A DNA stretch of 64,000 nucleotides from a virus. The translations under genes were made by a program, and so were the position numbers. Shown here piece by piece: positions 50,154-59,176 of the stretch. Position 1 is the stretch's first letter, and each line of letters begins with the position of its first letter. The notes beneath the pieces are model-generated. The model was not told the origin of the DNA and did no database searches. It worked only from the letters and a program-made list of their open reading frames with translations. The DNA is taken from IMG/VR virus record IMGVR_UViG_3300026382_000009, positions 45,195 to 109,194 of that record. The stretch is one strand, 5' to 3'.

Positions 50154-50659
50154 TTTACGTCTTTTATTTGTTCTACAGTAATTCCACATTTTTTTAAAAA
50201 CTCAATTCCATCAGTGTTTCTATATTCTTCATAATAAAAAACTCTTTTTATTCCTGACTGAACAATTAATTTAGCACATTCAGGACAAGGACTCAAAGTA
50301 ACATACATATCACATTCATTAGTCGATATTCCAGCTTTTGCTGCAAAAGCAATAGCATTCATTTCAGCGTGAACTGTGAAAGGTGATGTTTTTAAAATTT
50401 CTTTTGGATCATCAAATTGTTTTTTACATTTACGACAAAAATATAAAAAATCATCAAATTTTCCAATTTCTTTAGAACCACAAAAAGGACATAATTTTTC
50501 TATTTCTTCACATACATTTTCATATCCTGATACTGTTCCATTATAACCACAAGAAATAATCCTATTATCTCTAGTAAGAACTGCACCAACTTTATTTCTT
50601 TTACAATAAGATAACTTAGCAGTTTCCAAAGCAACTCTCATAAAATATTTTTCTTTCAT
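50150..50659 (-). CDS. cd: dCMP deaminase with inserted Zn-ribbon
   Basis: KVGAVL, GYNG, HAEMNAI, SPCPECAK; insert CPFC...CRKC. Confidence 0.93.
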   Translation of the reverse strand: MKEKYFMRVALETAKLSYCKRNKVGAVLTRDNRIISCGYNGTVSGYENVCEEIEKLCPFCGSKEIGKFDDFLYFCRKCKKQFDDPKEILKTSPFTVHAEMNAIAFAAKAGISTNECDMYVTLSPCPECAKLIVQSGIKRVFYYEEYRNTDGIEFLKKCGITVEQIKDVK

Positions 50660-50877
50660 AATATGTCCTTAAATTTAGCAAGTTTCATCAAAGCTTGTGC
50701 TTCTATTGCTTTGACCGCTTGTTTAGTTATTCCAAATAAATAAGCTATTTCATCTAATTTATATTCTCTGCATTCTACAATACCCATTTCAATCAAATAA
50801 TTTAAAACTATCCATTTTTCATTTTTATCTTCAATTTCATCTAAAATTAATTTTACTTCTTTTAATGTTAATTCCAT
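50656..50877 (-). CDS. Stand-alone sigma70 region-4-like HTH protein
   Basis: YKLDEIAYLFGITKQAVKAIEAQALMKL. Confidence 0.7.
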   Translation of the reverse strand: MELTLKEVKLILDEIEDKNEKWIVLNYLIEMGIVECREYKLDEIAYLFGITKQAVKAIEAQALMKLAKFKDIL

Positions 50878-50907
50878 TTTAACTCCTTTTCTTTTAGTTA
50901 CATGTTA

Positions 50908-50936
50908 ATTATAACAAAAATAAAAATAAATGTAAA
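50908..50936 (-). promoter_or_regulatory. Sigma70-like early promoter
   Basis: TTTACA-N17-TATAAT (TGTTATAAT). Confidence 0.7.
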
Positions 50937-50971
50937 TACTTTTTACTAATTTTTGTTAATTTTCTAATTTT

Positions 50972-51682
50972 TTAATCTTCTAAATTTACAGAATAAAGAT
51001 ATTTATGTTCATCAGGAATAGCCAAATATAAATTATAAACCAATATTCTAAAATCCCAAAAAACATCTTTTTGTGATCTTAATTCTAATAAATGTTGTAA
51101 TTCTTGTCCATTAATTGTATAAACACCTCTTGTTTTATATCCTTCAGGAAGAAGTATTTTGATTCTATCTAAATTTTTTCCCTTATAATGTGCTACAATT
51201 TTTCTTGTATTTTCTAAATTTTGTAATGCGTATTTATCAATAACTTCATCTCCAGAAAAAACAAAATATTTTGAAGCTCTTTGAATATCATCGATAAATT
51301 CTTTTTCTTGTGCTAATTCTTTCAATGTATATCGTGTTGATTTAACTGTCGGTGCAATTCCAACACAATGACGTGACAATTCTTGTAATGTTGCTCTACT
51401 AAAATTCATAATCCTGAATGTATATGTTAGATGCCTTAAAATAGATTTATGTTTAAATTTATTACCTATCCTTTCTATAAATTCTTTATCTTTTTCACCT
51501 GTTATATTATTTTTTATATCACTATCTGATTTACTATGACTTTGCCATGCTTCTCTTCCACCTTCAGCACATACCCATAATGGTGTATACCAAAGAACTT
51601 CAGATTTTTGTGGATTTAATTCTTCAAAATCGTAATTCCATTGTCTTAATTCTTTTATTTTATTTTTAATTTTTTCGATCAT
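50972..51682 (-). CDS. thyX: Flavin-dependent thymidylate synthase
   Basis: HKSILRH, SRATLQELSRH...VKSTRY, LLPEG, LELR. Confidence 0.9.
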   Translation of the reverse strand: MIEKIKNKIKELRQWNYDFEELNPQKSEVLWYTPLWVCAEGGREAWQSHSKSDSDIKNNITGEKDKEFIERIGNKFKHKSILRHLTYTFRIMNFSRATLQELSRHCVGIAPTVKSTRYTLKELAQEKEFIDDIQRASKYFVFSGDEVIDKYALQNLENTRKIVAHYKGKNLDRIKILLPEGYKTRGVYTINGQELQHLLELRSQKDVFWDFRILVYNLYLAIPDEHKYLYSVNLED

Positions 51683-52163
51683 TTAAAACTCCTATTTCAA
51701 TTAAAATTTTTTTAACTTTATCTTTTAATTTGTTAATATCTTTTTCTGTATTATCTAAAATAATTTCTTTATCAAAATCAATTTTTTCAATAAATTCTTC
51801 TTTTATATTTTTATCAATAACATGTATAACAATTACATTATCAACTTCTTTAATTCTCTCATATTCAACTTTAAATCTCAAATCTGTTATTAAATTAATT
51901 TTTGTAACATTCATTTGTTTCTTCACAAAATCAGCCCAAATATAAGGATACCCTTTTTTTATTTCTTCTGAAAACCATATCAAATCTTTTCGATATTTTT
52001 CTTTGTTTTTTTCAAAATCATCTAAAGATATACCTTTTATTTTACAAAATATTTCTTTAGGTTTTTTAGCAAAAGAAAATCTATCAACTTTTATATATTT
52101 TTCAATGACATCTGCAACAGTATCTTTTCCAACTCTTTTTTCACCATATAAAAAAATTGTCAT
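51666..52163 (-). CDS. dNMP kinase (T4 gp1-like)
   Basis: GEKRVGKDTVA, SFAKKPK, ITDLRFKVE. Confidence 0.8.
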   Translation of the reverse strand: MTIFLYGEKRVGKDTVADVIEKYIKVDRFSFAKKPKEIFCKIKGISLDDFEKNKEKYRKDLIWFSEEIKKGYPYIWADFVKKQMNVTKINLITDLRFKVEYERIKEVDNVIVIHVIDKNIKEEFIEKIDFDKEIILDNTEKDINKLKDKVKKILIEIGVLNDRKN

Positions 52164-52747
52164 TTTAATTCCTTTAAAACTTTTTTATACTCTTCTGGTG
52201 TGTTGAAAAATAAAGTTTTTTCTTTTACAATATTAACATGAAAATTATTTTTAACAGCTAAATCTAAAAATTCTTTTTCTTTTTCTTTTAATTCTTTAAT
52301 TATAAAAATTGAATTATCTTGATAACCTTCTTTTTGACCTTTAGTCCAATCTATTAATTTATTTTCTTTAAAAACCAAAGAAACATATGGATTTTTTCTT
52401 TTTGTTACAGTCAAACAATTATTATCAAATTTTTTATATGTTTCTAAAATATCTTTTATATTTTGTTCATTAAAAAATACGTCACTCCAACAAATACAAA
52501 TAGGTTCTTTAATTTTCTTTTTTAATTCAAAAACATCTGCTCCTGATCCATTCCCAAAATCACCTGTTATAGTTTTAGAAAATGTTTTAATTTTCGGATA
52601 ATTATTTAAAATATTATCTGTTGTAACTATATAAATATTATCAAAAAATTTTTTAAAAATTTTTTCATTATATTCAAACGTTTCTAATATTTTTGGCTTA
52701 TAGGAAAATCTTGATGATTTTCCTGCTGCCATAATATATAAATTCAT
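52160..52747 (-). CDS. NTP transferase (GT-A nucleotidyltransferase, MobA/GlmU-like)
   Basis: IMAAGKSSRF..KPK, WSDV, FFNTPEEY. Confidence 0.82.
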   Translation of the reverse strand: MNLYIMAAGKSSRFSYKPKILETFEYNEKIFKKFFDNIYIVTTDNILNNYPKIKTFSKTITGDFGNGSGADVFELKKKIKEPICICWSDVFFNEQNIKDILETYKKFDNNCLTVTKRKNPYVSLVFKENKLIDWTKGQKEGYQDNSIFIIKELKEKEKEFLDLAVKNNFHVNIVKEKTLFFNTPEEYKKVLKELK

Positions 52748-52750
52748 TGT

Positions 52751-54412
52751 TTATCCTTTTCTTAAAAGATATTTTAAAAATACATTAGTATCATAAACAT
52801 TTTTTACATGAAGTGATGGTAATTTTTTAATCATATCTTTATCATTTCCATTTATTTCATCACCAATATAAAACACTTTATTTTTATCTATATCAATTAA
52901 TTCAAGCAACTTTTTAAAATTATTATATTTATTATTGTCTTTTTTCATTATATCAATAGTTGAAATACCTGCTTTAATAACTTGTAAATCAGGTAGTTTA
53001 ATTAACAAATATTTATGTAGAACTTCTCTATATTCATAATCTAAAAATCTTAATGAAATAATACAATTATTTCTATTTTCAATTTTTGAAACATTGAATG
53101 ATATATCTCTCAAAACATCAAAAATCTCATTTAATTCATTTGTTTTTAATTCAAAATTTTTATAAATAATTTTATTATCTTTATAAATAGTACTTCCATA
53201 ATTTGTCGCATAATAATTACATTTTAATTCTTTAGGAATTTCAGAAAGTTTTTTACCTGTAAAAAGTATTATTTTGTATTTATCATAAAGTTTATTTATC
53301 AAATTATTATTTTCTAATGAAACATCTACATCTTTTATATTTCTAGAAAAAATAGTATCATCAAAATCAAATATCAATGTATTAAAATCATCAAAATTAA
53401 AATAACTGTCAAAAATTGTAAATGCTAACTCATCAGGATCATGTTTATCTTTATTTTTTATTTTTTCATTGATAACAACAGGAATATCTAACTTTGAATA
53501 AATTTTTGTATGAGATATAATTTTTGAAACATCATAATTTAGACTTTTTAAAATAATTTTAAGTTCTTCTTCTAAAGAATACCCTATCATATCTTTATCA
53601 CGTGTAATATTGACCACAAGATATTTTTCTTTTTCTTTTATTGCTTCTTTAAATCCTTTAGTTTTATATGTTGGTATTAGTGAAGAAAATTGTGTTCCTG
53701 AACTAAATATTATTAAATCACTTTTTTTAATTACTTTTTTAGCTCTTTCAGACAAAATTGGAATTTTTTCGTTTCCATATTTATCAATAAAAAATATGTC
53801 AGTAATTCTGTTGTTAGGATTATTCCAATCAACTATTTCAGCTTCATCATATATATTAACTGATTTCTCAGTTTTTGCGCATAAAAATAATGATTCATCA
53901 GAATTAACAATAACATTTTTAGGTAAATTAAGATATTCTGCCATAATATCAGCCGCTTTTTGTAACGACTTATTATTAATATAAGCAAGACCACCATATA
54001 CAATATTAGCAATAGAAAAATCTACATATCTTATTTTATGTGAAAGTTTTTGTTTAAAATACACTTCAACAGCTTGTTTAATTTCATCAGGAAAATCTGA
54101 AACTAATTCTTTTATTTTATATTCAGCATCTTTATAAAACGTGTATCTCTTTGATAAAACATTAAAAATTTTTTCTGATAAATCTGTTTTAATTTTATCT
54201 CTATATAATTCATAATCTAAAAATTGTTGTTTTCTGACATCAGATGGACCGAGTATTTCACCATTAAAAACTTTTCTAACAATACCAGTAGAAAGACCAT
54301 TATCATACGCATTTACTAAAGTATACATATTATTAATATCTAAATATTTAGAAAGTCCTTTTTTTAATTGTTTACTTCCTGTTCCTCCTGAAATTATTAA
54401 CACTTTCATCAA
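52751..54412 (-). CDS. CofD/YvcK (UPF0052)-like domain fused to a HAD IIB phosphatase/phosphosugar mutase
   Basis: ISGGTGS, NAYDNGLSTG, GPSDVR, SSGTQFSSLIP; then FDFDDT, FTGK, GISTIDI, IGDEINGND. Confidence 0.82.
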   Translation of the reverse strand: MMKVLIISGGTGSKQLKKGLSKYLDINNMYTLVNAYDNGLSTGIVRKVFNGEILGPSDVRKQQFLDYELYRDKIKTDLSEKIFNVLSKRYTFYKDAEYKIKELVSDFPDEIKQAVEVYFKQKLSHKIRYVDFSIANIVYGGLAYINNKSLQKAADIMAEYLNLPKNVIVNSDESLFLCAKTEKSVNIYDEAEIVDWNNPNNRITDIFFIDKYGNEKIPILSERAKKVIKKSDLIIFSSGTQFSSLIPTYKTKGFKEAIKEKEKYLVVNITRDKDMIGYSLEEELKIILKSLNYDVSKIISHTKIYSKLDIPVVINEKIKNKDKHDPDELAFTIFDSYFNFDDFNTLIFDFDDTIFSRNIKDVDVSLENNNLINKLYDKYKIILFTGKKLSEIPKELKCNYYATNYGSTIYKDNKIIYKNFELKTNELNEIFDVLRDISFNVSKIENRNNCIISLRFLDYEYREVLHKYLLIKLPDLQVIKAGISTIDIMKKDNNKYNNFKKLLELIDIDKNKVFYIGDEINGNDKDMIKKLPSLHVKNVYDTNVFLKYLLRKG

Positions 54413-54465
54413 TTTTCCTTTATTTTAAATATTCATTTAAAATTATATTATATTTTTTAAAAATG

Positions 54466-55005
54466 CTAACTTAAAATTTTTAAAAGTTGTTTTTTGAAAA
54501 TTTCTTTTTTATTAAATCTTCTTACATACGATGGATGATAAACTTTAAAAGAATTAAATTTTTCAAAAACATCATTGTATTCTTTATAATTTCCTAAAAA
54601 TACAAACCTATCAAAATCATATTCATTTTTTAGAAAATTCAATTCATCTAAAAGAATATTAGTCCATTCTTTTAATGATAAATTAGATTCATCTTTTATT
54701 AAATTAGTAAAATAAGGAAATAATTTTATTTCTTTTAAAACATCTAAAAGTGTTTTTGATGAAGGACCAAATAACCAAGCAGATTCACATTTATATAAAT
54801 GTTTAAATTTTGTTCCAGGTTTGTAACCTATAAAAACAATTTTTGAAAATAAATTTCCTCTAGGAGGAGTATAGAATTTTTTAAAATTATTAAAATACTT
54901 TTGATGTTTCTTTAATCCAAAAATTCCTGGATATTCTATATCATCTATATTTGGTTTTATTTCTTTAATTTTTAAAATATTTTTACAGATACTATCCCAA
55001 TTCAT
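54466..55005 (-). CDS. Uracil-DNA glycosylase superfamily-like protein
   Basis: RGN...IVFIGYKPG, FGPSSKTL, YFTNLIK, VFLG, VYHPSY (family-4-like motifs, divergent motif A). Confidence 0.7.
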   Translation of the reverse strand: MNWDSICKNILKIKEIKPNIDDIEYPGIFGLKKHQKYFNNFKKFYTPPRGNLFSKIVFIGYKPGTKFKHLYKCESAWLFGPSSKTLLDVLKEIKLFPYFTNLIKDESNLSLKEWTNILLDELNFLKNEYDFDRFVFLGNYKEYNDVFEKFNSFKVYHPSYVRRFNKKEIFKKQLLKILS

Positions 55006-56093
55006 ATTCTTTCTTTTATTATTTGATATAATTCTTTTGCATATTCATCAACATTAATTTTAGTATTCTCATATTGTAAATCACAAATTTTTTTACATTT
55101 CTCTTCATCATTTTTCAACATTTTCATTCTTTTTTCAATATCATCTTTACTTTTAACATATAACAATTTTCTCAAAGTTTCATCTGTATAAATTTTCATT
55201 TGTGGATCTAATTCTTTATCAACAAATGTTATGTTGTTTGCTAAAATTGACTCATATACTCTTTGATTTATATTATTACCATTATATTTTTTATCACCTA
55301 TGATTACTGTCGCTTTAAATTCATTCATCTTGTTTAAAAATTCTGAATATTCAACTGGTTTTCCAAATAGTGGTGGTCTACCATGTATTTCTTCTTTGTA
55401 TTTTTTAAATTTTTCTAATTTTATAGGACCAAAAACTTCAACAATTAAATCATTATATCCAAATAAAAACTGAAGAATTTTTTCTTCTCTTTTTCCACCT
55501 CTTAATGTTCCACCATATCCTAAGTCTTTTATTTTTTTAGACCAATCCCAAGGAAGTCTTTCATTTAATAAAGGAAATTTATAAAAAGGAAAATGGACAT
55601 ATTCTTTAACTTTCACTTCTTTTTCAATTTGTTTTCTAAAAGGATTAATATTATAAGGTTGATGAATATAAATAATTTCTTTGTCTATATAAATATCCTC
55701 TTTTTTATATTTTTTACTCCATGGTTTCTTTTCAATCGATTTCCAAATTTGTTTCAAATGTAATTCAGGGTCACAATACATATAAAATATAGGTCCATTA
55801 AATTTATTAATCATAATATAATTCATTATTTGAGCTTTATCTTCAGCACCTCCAAAAAAGTTAACATTACCATTAATAACTACAAGTGCATCAAAATTAT
55901 CTAAATTATTGTCTTCTAAAATATTGTGTCCTATTGCAAAATCAATTTTTGGATCTTTTTTTAAAATTTTAGTAAAATAATGAACTTCAAAATTTTTAGA
56001 CAAAAGCTTCATAATTGATAGTGCTTCTCCTGAACCGCCTGATGTTCCTTTATTTACAATTCTAGCTCCTAATTTTAAAACAGCTATTTTCAT
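55002..56093 (-). CDS. DNA beta-glucosyltransferase-like (T4 BGT family)
   Basis: MKIAVL, VINGNVNFFGG, YGGTLRGGKRE, IIGDKKYN, RVYE, VDKELD align by recall with T4 BGT motifs. Confidence 0.88.
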   Translation of the reverse strand: MKIAVLKLGARIVNKGTSGGSGEALSIMKLLSKNFEVHYFTKILKKDPKIDFAIGHNILEDNNLDNFDALVVINGNVNFFGGAEDKAQIMNYIMINKFNGPIFYMYCDPELHLKQIWKSIEKKPWSKKYKKEDIYIDKEIIYIHQPYNINPFRKQIEKEVKVKEYVHFPFYKFPLLNERLPWDWSKKIKDLGYGGTLRGGKREEKILQFLFGYNDLIVEVFGPIKLEKFKKYKEEIHGRPPLFGKPVEYSEFLNKMNEFKATVIIGDKKYNGNNINQRVYESILANNITFVDKELDPQMKIYTDETLRKLLYVKSKDDIEKRMKMLKNDEEKCKKICDLQYENTKINVDEYAKELYQIIKERI

Positions 56094-56497
56094 TTGTTTT
56101 CCTTAAATTCTTTTAATTCTTTTAGTTTTTTATCAAGTTCTAAATTAATTATTTTTAAAGATTTATCTAAAATTGGTGATAATTTTTCATCTATTTTAAT
56201 CTTTTTACCAACATTGTATCCTAAATAAGAATAAAACAAATATTTTCTAGGACTTAAAACAATAAGTAAAAGACCAATAATAGTCAATATAACACTCACT
56301 TTTATATATTTTTTGAGATTTGATTTTATATCTTTTATTCTTTTTATTTCTTCTTCTTTTTTCAAGCAACATTCATCTAAAACCAATTCATAATAAAAAG
56401 ATAAAATAGATAATACAAGTAGTCCACCAAAAAACAAAACATTTTCCAATTTTCCTATCATATCATAAAGATAAAGATAAACAAAAATTTTTTCCAT
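56090..56497 (-). CDS. Membrane protein
   Basis: Two TM helices. Confidence 0.6.
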   Translation of the reverse strand: MEKIFVYLYLYDMIGKLENVLFFGGLLVLSILSFYYELVLDECCLKKEEEIKRIKDIKSNLKKYIKVSVILTIIGLLLIVLSPRKYLFYSYLGYNVGKKIKIDEKLSPILDKSLKIINLELDKKLKELKEFKENK

Positions 56498-56542
56498 CTT
56501 AACTTCCTTTTCATGTTTTGTATAACCACCACATCATATTTA

Positions 56543-57310
56543 TTAAAAAACGTAAATATATTCATTTTCATTTATAAATCTTTCAATGTATTTGAAATGT
56601 CTTTCATAAACATGTAAAGAGCTCGCTGTCCAGATAATAGGTCCTTTTTTTAATTCCGGGTATGTCTTTTTTAGTTCATCAAAAACTTTATTTTGGACAT
56701 ACAAATCCCAATAAAAATCGGAAGAATACCCAAACACAATATCATTACTGCGCATTACATAATGACTAATTAACACATTATCTCTAATAAAAAATTGATT
56801 ATACATTGTGCAAATAAAATCTGACATACCATTTTTATTGTATTCATAATGCATAGAAGGTCTATTGTAAATCATAATAGCTCTTCTACTATCCGGATTT
56901 CGTTTTAATTCTCTTATACAATTTTTGTATTGATCAAAATTTTCTTTACTAAAAATAACCCAACCATAATTAGAATTTATAAAACCATCTTTATCTGCAA
57001 CTTGCTGCCAAATTAACGGAACTTTTCCTGGAATATCATAAACATTTAATGATTGACTTTCATACCATTGTATTTCTCTTTGTGCATAATCTAAATTTGT
57101 CTCTCTAAGAATATACGGTTCATCAACTATAAATGTTGCTCCAATAATTTCAATTAATTTTTGTCCTGTCTTATCAATAACAAATTCTTTATTTTTATAT
57201 TTTTGAATTATTTCATTTCTTATATCTTTTATTTTTTTATAAAAATTAGTTTTATCTGTCCAATTTGACATTCTTTCATTTATTTCTTTGTTTATATCTA
57301 TTACACACAT
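56543..57310 (-). CDS. dCMP hydroxymethylase (T4 gp42-like)
   Basis: DKTG.K.IEIIGA.F, REIQWY, INSNYGW, DSRRAIMIY.RPSM, GMSDFICT, MRSND.VFG..SD (Asp at the dCMP-specificity position), SLHVYERHF. Confidence 0.92.
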   Translation of the reverse strand: MCVIDINKEINERMSNWTDKTNFYKKIKDIRNEIIQKYKNKEFVIDKTGQKLIEIIGATFIVDEPYILRETNLDYAQREIQWYESQSLNVYDIPGKVPLIWQQVADKDGFINSNYGWVIFSKENFDQYKNCIRELKRNPDSRRAIMIYNRPSMHYEYNKNGMSDFICTMYNQFFIRDNVLISHYVMRSNDIVFGYSSDFYWDLYVQNKVFDELKKTYPELKKGPIIWTASSLHVYERHFKYIERFINENEYIYVF

Positions 57311-57313
57311 TTT

Positions 57314-57817
57314 TCATCCTTTATATTTTTTAATAATATCTTTATATCTCGGATCAGTTTCTTTTACAAAATTACCTTCAGGAGTTAAAAAACCTTTCCT
57401 ATCTTTTATTTCATTATAAGCAACTTCTAATGCATAATCAGAATCTATTCCTAAATATCTAGAATATCCTACTAAATAAATATATGATTTTTTAATTAAA
57501 TCTAATGCTGATTTTGTATCTTCTTTAATAATCATATCACCAATATTGCAAATAGTTTCTGTCAACAAATCTAAGTCATAAAATTCATTAGATTTTTCAA
57601 ATTCAATTCCACCTAACATTTCACTCAAATTAATCAAAACAACTTGAACATCACCTATAGCGTCCACTAATTTATCATTATCTTTTAATCTTTTAGCTTC
57701 AAATATTTCACTAAATTCGCTCATTAATTTTGCAAATTGAGTCAATGGTTTACCGTTATCAATAATTCCTCTATCTTTACTCCATTGTATAACTTTTTGC
57801 TTAAGTTCTTTTTTCAC
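57314..57817 (-). CDS. MazG-like NTP pyrophosphohydrolase (probable dCTPase; start GTG 57817)
   Basis: QWSKDRGI, KLMSEFSE, DAIGDVQVVL, AYNEIKDRKG; AAAGGAG SD and TTTACA-N16-TATAAT upstream. Confidence 0.8.
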   Translation of the reverse strand: MKKELKQKVIQWSKDRGIIDNGKPLTQFAKLMSEFSEIFEAKRLKDNDKLVDAIGDVQVVLINLSEMLGGIEFEKSNEFYDLDLLTETICNIGDMIIKEDTKSALDLIKKSYIYLVGYSRYLGIDSDYALEVAYNEIKDRKGFLTPEGNFVKETDPRYKDIIKKYKG

Positions 57818-57905
57818 GTTATCTCCTTTATCAAAATATTTTTCATAAATAATTATATTAAATTTCACAAATTTGTAAATCAAAATAGACAAAAATATTT
57901 TTTGT

Positions 57906-58367
57906 TTAAAAAACTTCACATTGACAAAAATGATTAAAATAATAACCTCCATAATTTGACTCTTTTATATTTTCAATAAATATGTCAGTTCTAACTTTGT
58001 ATTTAAAGTTAATATCACCATTAGGAAATATTTCACATAATAAAACAAAATCAATTAAATTAGAATTTTGTTTCACGTATTTCATATCTTGTCTAATTGG
58101 AAACCATTTGTGTCCATTCACTCTTGCAGTTTTGACTTCATATTTTGTATTAAAACAATCAATTAAATCATATCTCCAATCAAAACTTTTCTTGAAACCA
58201 AAATTTTTAATTAAAAAATATTCTGCTGCTATTCCATTAAATGCATCTTTATAAATTTGTTGAGATGTTCTTCCACTAGTATTGTTTGTTTGGATTATTT
58301 TGTTAACTTCAAAATTTACAAAATTTAAAAAATCTTTATCTTTACAATTAATATTTCCTATAATCAT
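57906..58367 (-). CDS. denB: Endonuclease IV (DenB)-like PD-(D/E)XK nuclease
   Basis: GIAAEYFL, YDL, YEVKT...KW, ESNYGGYYF resemble T4 DenB motifs (AEFFV, WDVL, EVKTH, KSNYNGWYL) as recalled. Confidence 0.7.
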   Translation of the reverse strand: MIIGNINCKDKDFLNFVNFEVNKIIQTNNTSGRTSQQIYKDAFNGIAAEYFLIKNFGFKKSFDWRYDLIDCFNTKYEVKTARVNGHKWFPIRQDMKYVKQNSNLIDFVLLCEIFPNGDINFKYKVRTDIFIENIKESNYGGYYFNHFCQCEVF

Positions 58368-58888
58368 TTTAACACCTTATCTAGAAAATATTTTACAATA
58401 TCAAATACATCATCTTCATTTTTGTCTTCTATATTTATAAGAAATTTACTTTTTATGTTAGATAATTCATATGCCTTTTCAAAAAGATTAATTTCTTTTT
58501 CTTTTAATTTCAAATCAGTAGTAAATGACTGTCCATCATCACGTTGTATTAAATTTTTAGGATTATCAATAAAAATAAATAAAATACTATCTTTTAAAAA
58601 AATTTTTTCAAATTCTAGAACTTTTTCTATTTCTTTTTTTGTATAATTTCTATAAATTGGTCCATAAACCAACTCACCTATATGTAATCTATTAGAAATA
58701 ATTGGATAAATTAAATCTAGCTCTGATATTCTTATATATTCTTCTAATGCTAATTCAGGATTATTTATACCATAATAACTACAGTGTGTTTTTATTAAAG
58801 GCTCTTTATACTTTTTATAATACCATTTTTGTATTTTTTTAATTTGCGTATCTTTGCCAACATTATCAGGACCTTCAATTATTATCAT
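58364..58888 (-). CDS. Thymidylate-kinase-like nucleotide kinase (start likely ATG 58888)
   Basis: IIIEGPDNVGKDT, NRLHIGELVYGPIYR, RDDG. Confidence 0.8.
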   Translation of the reverse strand: MIIIEGPDNVGKDTQIKKIQKWYYKKYKEPLIKTHCSYYGINNPELALEEYIRISELDLIYPIISNRLHIGELVYGPIYRNYTKKEIEKVLEFEKIFLKDSILFIFIDNPKNLIQRDDGQSFTTDLKLKEKEINLFEKAYELSNIKSKFLINIEDKNEDDVFDIVKYFLDKVLK

Positions 58889-58933
58889 AATTCCTCCTTT
58901 ATGCAATTATAATATAACAATATTAATTTTATA

Positions 58934-59167
58934 TTAATTATTATATTTTTTTAAAAATTCTTTAGTATATTCAATAAAAGTTTCTAGACAATTAAAATCA
59001 TCAGGAAGTAAATATTCAAATTCTTTATGACCATCCATAATGAATCTATTATCCCATCTTCCTACTATCATTTCTTTTTCATTAACAATTATACCATTTC
59101 CAAAATAAAATTTTCCATCTATATAAGATTTCTTATATTTATTAAGTAATTTTTCACCAAAATTCAT
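58934..59167 (-). CDS. Hypothetical protein
   Basis: ORF with AAAGGAG SD. Confidence 0.5.
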   Translation of the reverse strand: MNFGEKLLNKYKKSYIDGKFYFGNGIIVNEKEMIVGRWDNRFIMDGHKEFEYLLPDDFNCLETFIEYTKEFLKKYNN

Positions 59168-59176
59168 TTAACTCCT

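Noticed and set aside
56543-57310. Canonical ThyA thymidylate synthase
   Set aside because: The sequence follows T4 gp42 motifs, has Asp at the specificity position and sits near a BGT homolog; dTMP synthesis is covered by ThyX.
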